DNA of 64,000 bases. It comes from Azolla caroliniana. Taxonomy: Eukaryota; Plantae; Polypodiophyta. The notes under the pieces are model-generated. The model saw only the letters and a list, made by a program, of their open reading frames with translations. It made no database searches and was not told where the DNA came from. Both the position numbers and the translations under genes were made by a program. Of the stretch, positions 11,675 to 25,890 are shown piece after piece; the stretch's first letter is position 1; the number at the start of each line of letters is the position of its first letter. The stretch spans positions 16,926,001 to 16,990,000 of the forward strand of contig JBHGNT010000010.1 of NCBI GenBank assembly GCA_043228905.1, written 5' to 3'.

Positions 11675-14056
11675 TTTTTTTTTCCAAAAAAAAAAACTCC
11701 TTGCATTAGTTATAAAATTTTACAAATGAGACGATTATGTACAAATCCCTGAAGGGACACGATAGTTCCATCTTATGTGGATGCCCACTGACTCAAGAAA
11801 GGGAGAGGACGACCATTGTTAGATGAAGGCTATTCGTTGCCTTTGAACTCCCTCGGAGCCGCCCTTAAGGCCATCATATTGGCTCTTTCAGAGTGGCTAC
11901 AATTTCACTCCATACCTCTTGCAGTAACCTTGTTGGATGTGCGGTTTGGTTGGAGAAAACTCACCTACATCGTTGTTTCTATAGAATCCAAAGGGTTATT
12001 GGGTTGACCAATTCCAACACCTCTTGAGATTTGTCATTAAGAGGAGTGGAGTGGACATTGTTGTTGGAGGAGAAAAGGACCTCTTGTGCTTTTATCACCA
12101 AAGTCGCCCCCTCCTCCTGATGCTCGTATCTGCCAATTGCGGCCTGCCATGATAGCCAACATATATTTCCCCACTTGATTGAGCCTTGCACCTGGCATAA
12201 TTGCAACAAGCGGCCAACCCCCCGCCATATTCGATGGGACGTTGGGCAGTCCCACAGAGCGTGTCGTATTGATTCTACTGCATGTGGGCACTCTGCACAA
12301 TTAGGAGAGCAAAGGTTCCCACATTGCCATGCTCCCACCGGTAGGGACTTATGTATTAATAGCCATTGGAACGTGGTAATTCGCCTCGTGTGTTGTTTCT
12401 AGATTTTCTGCCAAAACTTGGTGATTATTGTGGAAGGAACTTGAAATGTGTGCCAAACCTTCGCAACAGCCGGTTCTTGGGCGGTTTGAGCAACTAGAAT
12501 GTGGCGACCCAATCTAGTTGTGAATTGGAAGAAAGGGATGGGTTTGATTCCTTGCCCCGCGTAGGGATCACGCCATGTCCATTGCAAAGGGTCCCAACTG
12601 ACCTTACGTAGCCATATGTTTTCATGAGTACATATATGCCAATCAGGTTGTACTTTGATCGAATCAGGATCTACAATCCATTTATGACCAGTATACGCGA
12701 GTACTCGAATTGCGTTATTCTGTGTTGGTGTCTCAATGTCTCGCAATACAGAACCTTCGAGTCTGTCTGGTGGTCCCCTACATCTCGAGATCAAAGATCC
12801 CTCCTCCTCGTGGCCTATCCATTGTCATCCTTTGAGTAGCAGATTCCCTAATTAGTAGAGCGTTAATGATTTCCAATCTCATAGTCCATCCGCCCATGAT
12901 TCCATGTAGTATGTTCGCCTGATCTTGTAGTGGCATTGACATAAAACGTCGCCAACATTCTATACTTTTTCCTGGACCTTCTGCAATGTATCCCCATGAC
13001 AACCCCTTACGTGATCCTAGTAGTTGATTAGATTCATCCTTGAGACATTGGTTCCATAGGATACGCTGACTGAGCCAAGCAAGTTCGGATCTTGGTTGAT
13101 CACACTTGAGCCCTCTACGAATGTCACACCATGCCTTCCACATGGATGCATTGAATCTATCCTCCAATTGGCGGGAGAAACTAGGTTTGAGATCCATGTT
13201 TAGAATCCATCCCGTTTGGGGGGCCCAATTGACCCCTTTTCGTGGCCTAAAGTAAGTGAAACGTAACCTTAGTAGCATTTTCCAACAATCATTTCCTGGT
13301 TGGAGTCCTCGCACCACAAATTTGGCAAGTAAGGCTTTTGATTGTGAAAGGGGATCAATAAGACCCAATCCCCCTCTCGACTTAGGTGCTGTGAGTATAG
13401 GCCACGCCACCTTGGCACGAGCTACATGGTCTTCCTTACCAGACCAAGGACTAGTCGTTGAATCTGATGTATACTTTCCTTGGAGATTGTCCAGCATAAT
13501 AGACTATACCATGTTGTTGCGAGTAGTACTTGATTTGCCACTATGATGCAACCCGCTAGTGACAATTTTTTCGAGCTCCAATGTATCAACTTTTGTTGAA
13601 TGGAATGGATAACGGGTGCAATCATAGTCTCCGGCGGTATGTTGAAACCAATTTGGAAACCCAAATATTTGGTGGTCACTCCTTGATTGATCCATTTGAA
13701 AGCGGGATGTGGGTGCCACGCCGGATGTGTTTCCTGAGAGAGCCATATTGCGCAAGATTTGTGCCAATTGATCATGGCATTGGATCTCTTGCAAAATACA
13801 AGTAGCCCACTTTCTAGCTTTTGGAGGTTTTCCAAGTCCCCTTGCAGGTAGACTACTGTGTCATTTGCAAATTCTATATCCAAGATGCTTTGGTGAGAAT
13901 GAGGTACGGGAAGACCGCGTAGGTTGAGATGCCGTGAGTTGAGAAAGCAAGAGAGTGCTTAGGCGTATAGTAGAAATAAGGATGGAGCTAGTGAGCATCC
14001 CTGTCGTACAAATCGGGATATTCGGAAAAAGGGACCCCTTTCACCTGCCAGCGTTG
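11675..14056 (-). mobile_element. 5'-truncated L1-clade LINE (RT C-half + zf-RVT), pseudogenised, 12-bp TSD
   Basis: TSD attatacttgtt at 11663-11674 and 14057-14068, with a poly(A) tail on the minus strand. Motifs VRQGCSLAPSLFL, EFANDT (FADD-like), KYLGFQIG, KKLSLAG, AKVAW...PKSRGGLGLID and CAECPHAVESIRHALWDCP are split across frameshifted ORFs. Confidence 0.92.
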
Positions 14057-15318
14057 ATTATACTTGTTATGTATTAGTATATTAGTAGTACAATGATTTC
14101 TTGCTCATTTGTTTTATTCCTTGTTAATTCACCTACGTTAATTGTCTCGTCTATGATATATAAAGCACCTATGTTAATCAACAATGCTATATACTACCTT
14201 GATTTTTACACAATGAGCTTATGTGGTTATAATTCCTAGGTTTACATGATTTCTATAGAGCTCTTTTGAGAATTGATTGGATCAATTTCAATGTTGATCA
14301 TTTATTACCAAAAGTTGTGCCATCTAATTTGTGCCTATGAGCCTTCAATCCATAATCAACATAAGCACTCCTAGAAAGCATTCATGGCAGAACACGATAT
14401 CTTCCAAGTTCTTGATGCATTAGTGTCACAGTGCATGGTAGCATTAATATAGGAAATTGCACCACAAGGCTGCAAGCCCATATTACATATCTTTAGGAAG
14501 GTATCCCAAGCTGATAAGTTTTTTAAAGGCTCAACAAATTCAAGTTTTTGACACCACTTGGCAACATCATAAAATACGGAAGTTGCTAAGGCTGACAAAT
14601 TTCAAGTTTTTCTTTGTTTTTCCAAATCCCTCTAGACATGAAGCAAAAATGCTATTTATCAATACTGATTAATGCTACCAAAAAAATACATTTGTTGGTA
14701 AGCTCATAAATAAGAATTCATTTAAGCATGTCACTTGAGGTCAGATCCATCTAACAATGACATATCATTCAAATCTACCAACTATCCATTTACCTCTACA
14801 TCAGCCTTCTCCACTAGGCAATGTGCATTAAGAGCTATATACCATCCAGACTGCACAAGCAAGCACACATGGTATTTCATAATCATATCAAAGTCTTCAC
14901 AAAGCAAACCTTCTAATTTTTACTTTGCAACCACATGAGGTGTGTAATCAAGACCATTTTCTATATATTTCCAGACAATATGTTTTGTATTGGGTGGTTG
15001 TGCAAGCACTAGGCTGAAACTTCTGAAATATAAAAACTAATGGAACAAAGTTTCTACCAAGCACTCATGTACCATGATTGAACATTCCTCCCTCTATTAT
15101 CAATATAGATATTCATCTCATTTTGGTGTCATTAATAAATAGATAAATACAATAGGAAAATTTTCCAACTTTGCCAGAACAGGTTTTCGAGCATTATAAA
15201 CATATATTAGTCAATCAGTCAAAAGCACTATAATCAGCCAACACAATAATTTGTGATTATGGGATGCAGCATGTAAGTTTTAACAATGGGATTTGGACCT
15301 ACCACATTATATTTCACA

Positions 15319-18300
15319 CTAGGATTTTTTTGAGTCATCCCCTCCATACTCGGTAGAATTCCCATTCCAAAAGGCATTGCCTCGTTTGAATCTGTTTTCA
15401 TCATCATCATCGCGTTTAAGTGTGTGGATATTACCTCCCCAAGTTCTGTGATTTTGGTTGTTTCTGCCATTATTGTTATCTCCATCGTTCATTCTCATGT
15501 TCAATCCTCCACTCTCCATATTTGATGCCCTGAGTCCCTGTGCAAAAGCTGGATCTGGGTCTGCATAGAGTAATATCAAACCACAGAATTTATGAAAGGA
15601 ATTGAAAATCTTAAATATAAGCTAAATGAATGAACAATTTGAGTTTATTTTTTGTCTAAGTTAAAAAGGCTACCATACTGCCAGCTTGAACCTCCTGATC
15701 CATCATTGTCTGTTTCTGAGTTACTTCCTTTGAAATACGACAAGGGATTCAAATAAGACAGTTGTTTCCATATCCACCCACTATTGCTAGTGTCGTTAAT
15801 TACATTAGTACTTGTATGATTCACAGCAGATGATGATGTATCTTGAGAGATTGGAGCTGCGTTTGCAACAAGCACCATCGTTGCACGATCTTCTACATTC
15901 AGTTCCTTGAGTGTCTTTTCCATATCTAAAAAGGCATAACAAATATGAGAAAGTTGTTTCCAAGAAAACATTCTTTCATGAAACAAAGCAGAAGGGCAAA
16001 TAATAATTAAATCTATCCCTATATGGTATAAAAGAACAATAGAATACTGGCCAATTTCTTTTCAAGTCACAAGGACAAGCTTGAGAAAAACAGCTACAAT
16101 ATGATTATCAGGTTGTAACAGAAAAGTAGAATTACTGACCCAAAGTATTTTTCAAGCTCCAATGATAAAAAGAATATGGAAAATAGGCCGGTGTTTATTC
16201 TAATAAGAATTTAATAGCTATCCTATGTACAACAAAATGAAAGCACACGTTAAAATTCATCATGATCCATCAGACAGAAATACCTTGAAGAAACCAAAAT
16301 CATATTACAAATAATAAATAGCTATCCTATTGAGAATCTAGACCCAAGACTCTAGCACATAGATATAAGACTGCTGTACTTTCAGTTTGGTGTTGAGCAT
16401 ATAGTCATAATTGGACTGTCATCATTTCAATATGGTGATCACAGCCGATTCTCCATTATGAAATGAAGTGAAAGACAACTTACTAATTATGAACATGGAC
16501 AGAGCTACATAAGACAACTTCTTGGTGGAGGTCCACTCCACCTGCAGACATTACAATGAATCACCTACTTCTACTCAATAGAACCCAAGACATCTTGAAA
16601 GCTCAAAAGAAGAACTGGATATCCCAAAGTTAGACCTTCGTAGCTACAGTGGTAGGATATCCATTCTTAACAAGTGGGTAAGTAAAATCAAAACTGTTGA
16701 TGGTAAACCTGAGCGCGTAAGCCAGTTTAGAAGCCAAGGGTTATGCACAAAAAACGGGCATTGATTTCCATGAGGTGTTCTTTTTACTCTTTGTGCCCTC
16801 TTCGCTCTCACAGCTGCTCTGGATTTGGGCTTTATCAGATGGATGTTAAAAGAACAATCTTGCAAGGTGATTTGAATGGATAGAGATATATGAACAAGCT
16901 AGAATGTTTGGCTATCCCCATAAGAAAATTCTGGTATGCAAAATGAATAAAATTCCTTATTTATGGACTGAAACAAGCTCTTAGACAGTGGTATAAAGAA
17001 GTTTGACTCATTGACGCTTTTACAAGGTTTTAAACAGAGCCATTCACATCCTTGTTTGTACACTAAAAGAACTCTGATAATAGCCCCATCATCATTTTTT
17101 GCCATATATTGATATGTTGCTTACTGGAAAGGAAAAGAGCACATTAAAGGCTCTGAGACAGCACCTGAATGCTGCATTTTCTGCAAGAATCCCTTGCAAT
17201 CCTGAGCAGATTTTGGGCATGAGGACTCAAAGAGATAGGCATCAGTGATCTGTTTGTTGCAAGAAAATGGCATTGCAAAAGTACTGGACAGGTTAATATG
17301 GCTGATGCAAAGGCACTTAGTGTGCCACAACAGCCACATGTTAAGCTTTACCGGGGCTGATTGCCCAAAAACTGATGGTGCAGCCAACTATATCAAAGAT
17401 GTTCGTATGCATCAGCTTGTCGATCACTCATGCATGCCATAGTTGCTACTAGATCAGATATAGTTCATGTTGCCAGTTTATGGCTAATCCTGGTAAAGCA
17501 TATTGGGATGCTGTCAAGTCAATATTGAGGAATTTGAAAGGGACAAAGACATTGAATGGATTCTGTGACTCAGGCATGGCTGGTGATGTGGATACCCATA
17601 AATCCACTAGTGGCTACATTAATACATTGGTAGATTTGGATTTCATGGTGCTCTAGACTTCAGAGAATAGCTGCACTATAGGATTGCAACAGGTATATAG
17701 GAAAGGCAAAGGCAAAATGAATAAGAGAGAAATTAGAGAAAACGATGAGAGGTATATGAAAAGTCCATCCATTTTCAATGTGTTGGTAACAACTGATTGA
17801 CACTGTAATAAGAGCGATTAATCAACTAAATGGTTTAAGGCATAAGATTTAGAGTCAATCCATGAGCATAAGAGAGATTAATATGTCTTTCTTTCAATAC
17901 ATTATGGAAGCATTAAGAAACTCATAGATTATAAATCAAATCAGTTATGTATGCAATTAGGAGAGATTTGGCTATTCATATTCATAAATGACCACAAGAC
18001 TACATTTTAGTTTTCCCAAATGATATTTAATAGCATAACAAGAAGATATTAAATCAGAAAATAGAAAGTGTACCTTCTTGCTTAAAAAGCTTCCTTGGAT
18101 AAAGAACAGCAAGAGAATAGCTCGCATCTCCATCAGTCCGATTGCAATCAACAAATTCTTTGACTGTTATCAAATGATCTTCAAACTTGAAATTTTTCCG
18201 AATGCTATCACCATTTGTCAATCGCACTTGAAGATGAAGTGAATCCAAATTTTGCTTTTTCTCTGAATGCAGTTCATCCTGGCTGAGAAGTATTTTCCCT

Positions 18301-21300
18301 GGATTCAATGATACCTGTTCATTGGCTTTCACTGCTGGGTTTTGTATTGGGCTTCCCTCTAAACCAGCTAATGTAATAGAATGGTTTTGTATGAAGGTTT
18401 TGGAATCTTCTGATACTGAGGGATTCTGTGATTCATGGCATGGTGATGAAGAAAGAGATTGTAACAAATTATTTTTAGGTAAATTTTCTGAATCTTCTAA
18501 TACGGTGGGATTTTCGGGGATGTCCCTTGATGATGAAGGAAGACTGTTTGTGGATGATGAACTCCATGATGTAACACTTTCTGCAACAATTTTCGTATCT
18601 TCTGATATACTAGGATTATTAGAAGGAAGACTGATTGCAGATTTAGAAGTTTGGGATGCATGCATTGAACTCTGCAAACAAATTCTGCAATGTAAGAATA
18701 TTTCCCCTATCTCATATTAGCTTAAAAGTACAATATTACCATTTGGTTGTTAGCTACTTCTATTTCCCTAGAAATGTATTTGAAACTAACCTCTTGCCTC
18801 TATTTCCTGAGGTTCTGGATTATAGCTATTCTGGGTTGTCAACATTGGGACACTTTTGAGAGCATCCTGAGGTACCTCAAAGGAATGAAGGACTCAAACA
18901 TCTGTTTTGGAAAATTACGAGGATTGTGTTTTAGGCAACACAGATTCTGATTCTGCAGGGACCGTGATCAGTACAATGTTGATCTGACCATATGTTTACA
19001 TTAGCTGATGATGCAATTCATGTATGTCTTGGTGCACATAAACATGTGGCCCTTACCACAGCAAAGGCAGAGTACATCCTGCAACCAAGGCATGTGAAGA
19101 AGGGACATGGCTTCTGTTAGATATAATAAATGATCAACCCCAAGTTGTCAATTTATCCCCATATGTACTCTTAGAGTGCACATTTTGTGATAGCGCCCCA
19201 AATGAGGAGTAGCTATTGTGCAACCCGACCATATGGGTCAATAAAGTGTCAATCTAGGAAACCGTAGATGAGTAGGACACAATGTATTTAGGAAAGAGAA
19301 GTAGGCTAATAGGATTGACTAATCAAGTCAACTAGAAGAATATTTTGTGGGCAAGTTATGATGTACTTAGTCTTGAAGTATGTGCCATTGACATTAAGAT
19401 AAGTACTATCTAGCACTAGCTTGTATCTAGGGAGCTGGGTCATATTAAATGACAAGTCACTTGACAAAAAAAGAATATCTCCACTACTATCAACTGACTT
19501 CACATTTAATGTTACACTCAGACCAAACAGACAGAGAATATAATCCATTCTCTTACACATTGTCTGTGACCATCATCAGTTCCCACTAATTTTGTAGTGA
19601 GCTGGTTCAGATCCCAGCTAAGCTCTAAGGTGTGAGCACATGGGTGAACTACTATTGTGAGCTACTCTCGTAAGTAATAGAAAGTTTGTTTTCATATATC
19701 CATCTCTGTGATTGTAACTCTATATGTCTACCTAATCGATTCTCAATATTTCTAACAGCTTCCTCATCTAGAGGGTGATTTGGGCATTTGTGCAAAGAAC
19801 AAGCACATAAAGATGCATTATCATTTCCTACAGAGCATGACAGATGTCCACGCACATGAAGGTGCATTATCATAGCCTACAGTGTGACAGATGACAAGCA
19901 CATGGATCTTGTAATGATTCACATGGATGATAACCCTGCAGACCTTCTCATGAAGATTCTCATCATTGGAGACTTTCATATGCCTCAACAACTCGTGAAC
20001 GTGGGCTGAGGATCACCTGATATCCTTATGGACTTTTGTGTTGTTACTCTTTCAGGCATCTTTTCCTTTAGTGGGAAATTATAGTGTAGAAATCAATGGC
20101 CTGCCCACTATAGTATCTAGTATGAACCCTAGAATCCCACATTGTATGTTCTTTATGAGCCATCAAATGAATTGGTAATTTGCACCCTTGTGCTATGCTC
20201 TCTTTACTGTCTCTCCCCTCTCCAAATAACTAGGAATAATAAGTAATCTTTGTTAGTCTACACCTCAAATATCTAGGCAGTTGTGGACCTAGGATTGACA
20301 TTTAGGTTAAGTGTTCTGGCTTTTTACATGAGTATGTACTTAAATTTTTATTAGATTTAGGGAAATGGTTTACAGAGTTCAATCCTAACAACACTTATTT
20401 TTCACCTTCTTAGTACCTTGAATTTTCAAGAAAGGAAAATTGAATCTGTGGAAACTACGCATTATCAACTAGCCAATCTAGTGAAAGAAAAGGTAGTCTT
20501 ATATCTTCATAAACTCTAATAAATTATACCTACATAATGAGCATTGAAAATATCTTTTACTCTTTGATCTTACTGTACCTGCACAGCGACCAATTGTTCA
20601 AGGGTTTGAAGGAATTCTGATGGAGAAATATATCCTCCTATCAAAATAATCATTTTCTTAAAGATACCGATAAGAATGCTATTTTTAAGATTATACTCAT
20701 GTAGCAAATATGTGAAACATTACAGCAATTTTCCAAATATATGAACCCACCATGTGCTTTTAGCATCATTCCATTGTGATTAAGGATAGCTATTGAAGGG
20801 ATTTGTTGGTATGGAACTGTTTAAACAGTTAAGTTGGAACAAATTCACACAAAAGTCTTGAATAAAAAAGCCAAAACATGCACAATTTTTCTATCCCAAT
20901 TTGACAAGTCTAAGATCATTATCAGACACAAATAAGATGGCAATGACATGTACAATTTTTCTATGCTAACTGGATGAGAATGGACTACTATCACCACACA
21001 AATAGATTGGATACAGATTGCTGCAAAATGAGCAGCATCACTACTTCCATGATGAAGACGTAATGCCACAAATCGACATGATATGGTCTCGTGAACCTGT
21101 ATAAATCAGAACATGATGTTATTAAAACCTGTTTCATTGTACTGAACTATGAATAGTTATACCCTATGCATAATATACAACATAGAAAACTAGGAAAACA
21201 AAGCATAGTAAGATCAAGTAGGGAAATAAATTCAAGAAATGATTTACGTTCAGCAGCCATGCAAATGGATCTTTAAATTTGATATTTCATGTTAAGAGAA

Positions 21301-24300
21301 AACTTTCATGCTCAATAGAAATGAAAACTTAATGGAAAATCACTATAAGTACCTCATGATACATATGAGTATACTATTTTCACCATATAACTTACCTTTA
21401 TGCAGATAATACACAAAGACTCAACATGTGGATTCTTGCACATATATACAGCAAACATTAAAAAATTAGCAAATTATAAGTACATTTGTACATATGTAAG
21501 TAAATTAGTAGAATTGCCTAAGCTACGAAATAACCTCGTTAGCTAAGCACTAACAATATGAACTTGGACGGACTGAAACTTTTGCTTTCAAAAGCTCTCC
21601 AACATGGGCTGATCCAAGAGGGAGAGGTCTCTGAGGCAAGGGAAGCACCTTTGGTCTTGGGTGATAATGGCCTTTATCTATCAATGACATGGGTAAGGGG
21701 GTCATGGTCTAGATAGGCATGGCTTACGAGCACAAAAAATTGTTATTGCAAGATCTATGTAAACCTTTTAAGAGTTGTGGTTGAGATCCTACTTGTGTAG
21801 TCCTCGTTGACTTTCAGCATGAGAACCAGGAATAGAGCTAATGAAATTTGTGATGGTTCTTCATTGATAAGTAGTTGTAGTTGTATTTTTGTCCTTCAAG
21901 TTCTTTCTATATCTCTTGAATTCTAACAAGAACAGTCCCAACATCATTGGCCTTCATATTCCATTACCTTAGGGTTGTGAGCCAAAGCCTTGTTTGAGGA
22001 GGCAATGGTATCTCCCTCTTGTTTCAATAAAGGAAGCATAATGGTAAGCATAGTATTGCTCCTTTTTCTACACCCTAATGGCGCGATTGGCTGATCTAAT
22101 CATCTATGGATTTGCATACACATCTGCCCATATCAATTTCTGTTCTTCTATGGATATGACAATTCCTAGAGTAGTATGATTAAATGTTCTCGGTATCATT
22201 ATATGAAGACTTAAGAATATTATAATCTCTTTTGACTTTTCTAGAAGGTTTCACTTGTTTAGGTTCTAACATGCTAATTCATTAACTCCTCAAGCCTGGC
22301 GTAATGCAGATCAAGGAGGCTACAAGAACCTTAACCTTGCTAACAGTTGTGAGCTTTTAGCATAGATGGCATTCACAAAATGAAGAAACTTAGAACAAAA
22401 ACATCATAAGACTTCCTTTTCTGGCAAGAGATAAAGCCAGTCTGACCACTCCTCTTGCATCCATAGATATGAGACTCCTAAATGTTTTACGTTTCATTAT
22501 GTGAAGATTTACAGAATTTTATAATCTCTTTTGACTTTTCTCGAAAGTTTCCCTTTTCTGGGTCCTAACATGCTGAGTCTTAATCTCCTCGAGCCTAGTA
22601 TATAATGCAGATCATGGAGGCTACAATAGACTTAACCTTTCTAACATCAGTTATTTGCTGTAAGCATAGATATCCGGCATTCATGAAATGAAGAAACTTT
22701 GAAAAGAAATGTTGCAAGAGTTTCTTTTCAGGGCCATAAGGAAACAAAAAAATGAGACGACTTTATACTTCAAGTTCCTACAAATAAACAGTAGAAGTAG
22801 ACTGAATCAGAATCACCTTTGAATCTTCCCATGTGATTTGATCAAGCCTTCTTGAATCTTCATTGTCCCCTGCCAGTTTAAATAGCTTGACTCATTATGT
22901 ACCATGACGAAACACATGTACAGAAACCTTAATATGCATTAATAAGAAATAACAGACAAAAAGCTTGCACCCAAGAAAATGCTTTTAAGATTAAAGTATC
23001 AAAACGTTTGCAACCTAAATGCATCAAAGTACCTGCAATATACACAATCAGAATCTTTTGCTCAGATTTTGTAGCTGATATTGCCTCTGAAATTTGACCA
23101 TTAAAGAATACCGAAGTACCATACGATGAGGCATTTCCAACCTGGTTCATAAACGTATTCAAAGTTCATCAGTGAAAAACATGCAATACACAATTTGCTT
23201 AATCAAATTTTGCAGCAAAATACAAGCTTAGACATATGCATTAGAAAATTCATGACTCAAGAAATATTAAGCAGGTCACAAACGAAGGCAGTGTCTGTTA
23301 TTAAAAGGACGTGTTACAATGAAGGATGAGGTTGACGGTGGAGGTTCGGTAAAGTAGAGTATAGGACATAGGAAGAACATAACATCTACAATATCAAGCA
23401 TGCCATTGGCAGGCTAAGCGTTGGCTATAATTCAATATAAGAAGGTTAAGTTTTCTTATTTACTTTTTGTTTCCAAAAAGTATAATCAGCCTTCTTGGTA
23501 GATCACTATTGGGTTTAATACCAGATGATCTCATTTACCTATGATAAAGGAGACATGAAACAATTGATAATGGATTCACTACGAACACCATGTCTCATGT
23601 ATATATTAAAATGGCCCGTCTTGTTTTCAAATCAATCTGTTAAGATTTTTGGCATGACACGTCAATATAATTAGGAGGTGTTTCAGTACATAAATGCAGT
23701 TGAAACAAAACGCATATGATTGTGAACCATGGATCTTCCTTGTACAAATTTCCAAGCCATCAATGAGATCAATCCCTCTTAAGAAGAACTGATTCAAATA
23801 ATTATTAATCCATAAGCTATTTGCATCAACAATTCAACATCAATTAAGTCCTTTCAAAACATGGATGAAGCAAATTTGCATGATTTTGAATTATGGATCA
23901 TCTTTATACAATTCTCCAAAATTATTTACCAGAAGATTTTTAATAAGAATCGATCATTAATCTTTTCACAGCAACAGCACGCATAATGAACAGCTATTTC
24001 AAACCTTACAAGGAGCAGAGTTATAAACCAGATCAATCTTTTTAGAAAGGGTTGATTCGGATATCAATCAATCCATAAGCTTTTTGCATCAATAGAGACT
24101 TCCTTAAACGAAGTTCCAAGTTATTAACCAGGTTACTCCCTCAAGAAAGGATCAATGCAATAACAATTAATCCATGAGTTTTTTCACATCCACAATCAGC
24201 CTAACATGGACAAATTTCAAAGTAGTTTCACGATTATTTTGAACCCATGGAATCATCGTAACACAACCTTCCAACATATCGACCGTACCAATCCCTCTGG

Positions 24301-24736
24301 TAAGGATTGGTAGAAATAAAAATCAATCCCGCTACATGAGTTTGGACCATGGATCATCACCATCATATAATTTTCCAAGCTATCAACCCATCTTGAAAGG
24401 TTCAATTCTATTTCCGATAGATGCATCTAGAGATGTTCAATTCTATTTACAATCAATACATCTAGAAAAGGCAAATTTTTATTCACGGTCATTTCATACT
24501 ATTTCTCACGGTCGACAATAAAAAGGAACATGGACATATTCCGAATACGAAAAGCAAAAAACAGGCATGAAAATATGTGTATGTAAATGTACACGCGCAT
24601 ATATAAACAAAGAGAAAGAAAAAGAGAGCACAGAGAGAAAGAAAAAGAGAACACATACAGAGAGAGAGAGAGAGAGAGAGAAACTAACCGTGTTGTTGGG
24701 TATGGAGCTCGACAGAAGACCGTCTCCTTCTGCCAT
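15319..24736 (-). CDS. PUX11: Plant UBX domain-containing protein (PUX11/UBXN4-like; N-terminal thioredoxin/UAS-like fold + UBX), 9 exons, ~502 aa
   Basis: Exons 24736-24689, 23141-23033, 22869-22817, 21096-21015, 20816-20751, 20637-20579, 18671-18074, 15925-15674 and 15560-15319 are all GT-AG and phase-consistent (1509 nt). Motifs: FFNGQISEAI...KILIVYIAG, UBX core LQVRLTNGDSIRKNF...YSLAVLYPRKLF...TLKEL, and the UBXN4-type C-terminus GGNIHTLK...FWNGNSTEYGG. Confidence 0.88.
16520..17680 (+). mobile_element. Degraded Ty1/copia RT-RNaseH remnant in PUX intron
   Basis: Frameshifted copia motifs: KWV.KIK..DGK, AKGYAQK.GIDFHEVF, QMDVK, LYGLKQA.RQWYK, HWDAVKSILR.LKGT, GFCDS.MAGDVDTHKSTSGY. Confidence 0.8.
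18760..20392 (+). mobile_element. Second degraded Ty1/copia remnant (RNaseH end and probable 3' LTR), interrupted
   Basis: HWDTFESILRYLKG (18840-18885), VALTTAKAEY (~19045-19075), V.YH and IHMDDNPADLL (~19860-19950). A PPT-like tract at ~20070 is followed by a TG...AACA segment ending ~20390. Confidence 0.6.
22140..22735. repeat. Old ~300-bp tandem duplication in PUX intron 3
   Basis: 22140-22425 and 22450-22735 share colinear blocks (tataatctctttttgacttttct, ctaacatgct, taatgcagatca.ggaggctacaa, aaatgaagaaactt). Confidence 0.8.
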
Positions 24737-24821
24737 TTTTTCCTCTTCTTTCTTGCTTGCGTACTGATTTTCAACTCAGTCCAGAGAGAGAGAGAGAGAG
24801 AAAGGGAGAGAGAGAGAGAGA
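24650..24821. repeat. (AG)n microsatellites flanking PUX first coding exon (5' UTR and intron 1)
   Basis: AG dinucleotide runs at 24659-24680 and 24783-24821. Confidence 0.85.
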
Positions 24822-25404
24822 GTTTAGGGGTATTCCTGTAATTTATAAAAATGCAGGGGTATTCTGCGAATTACCGAACACCATCTATGCCATTATAGCG
24901 CCCGAATACCGTTTTGACGTCTTTCCCTTCACCATTATTCCAAGCAATAATCCCCTTACAAATACGTATTGGATTTGGAATCATTGTGGCAATTTGCTAT
25001 GCCTAAACCTAAAGTTCATGCATTTCCGTCCACGTTGTGTCCAAAGGCAATGTGAGAACCAGCAATATATGTCGCAAATTATGGTTAATTGTTTTAATTA
25101 ATCTATTTTTTATTTAATGTTTTATTTTCTATTTCGTTGTTTAATTTATTTGACTTAAATTGTTTGATTTAGATTTGTGGATGAATGGTTCACATTGGTT
25201 TCAACTTTTCTTTAAACGGTTTCGTCTAAATCGTTTAGTTTTGCCTTCTTCTTAAACAATTTTATTTAATTGATTGGGGTCTAAATGGCTTGGTAGTTCT
25301 TGCTTTTTGTTATTTATAAAATGTTTAGTCTAGTTTGATTTTTAAGGCCAATAAACCCCAAACAAAGTCTGGCACATACGTACCAACCACCCCCCTCCCC
25401 TTTA

Positions 25405-25890
25405 TGTTATACTTTGGTAGTTGAATTAACAAATATGAAGAAGAAAGCTTAGCCTCACCAATAGAATCTCGACAACATCTCAAGAGGTTCTATTGAAGGG
25501 GGTGGCTAGTCCCCTTTATATAGACCAATGTCTAATGCTCCCAGATAACCACATGTCCTGGTTCTACATGGGTTTATATCAATTAAATTATCCTACCATC
25601 AAACCATTAAAATTAGCTATACAACAAATAAACATAAAGTATCATCAATGTCCCATAGCACTAAACATCACCTTATGTTATACTTCAGCAGTTGAATAAC
25701 ATATATGAAGAAGAGAGAGCTTAACATCACCAATGTAATCTCTACAACATCACAAGGGCTCTATTGAAGGGGGTGGCTAATCTCCATTATATAGAGCAAT
25801 GCCCAATGCTCCCAAATAACCACATGTCCTAGTGTATATGGGTTTATGTCAATTAAATTCTACCATCATCCCATTAAAATTAGTTGTACA
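25405..25890 (-). repeat. Pair of ~220-bp LTR-like direct repeats (TGT...ACA) separated by ~50 bp
   Basis: 25405-25623 and 25676-25890 align. Both start tgttatact and end in taca, and each has a TATA-like ctatataa on the minus strand. Confidence 0.65.

Noticed and set aside
24499-24841. Several ORFs over (AG)n tracts
   Set aside because: These are microsatellite-derived open frames. Only 24736-24689 is supported, as PUX exon 1.
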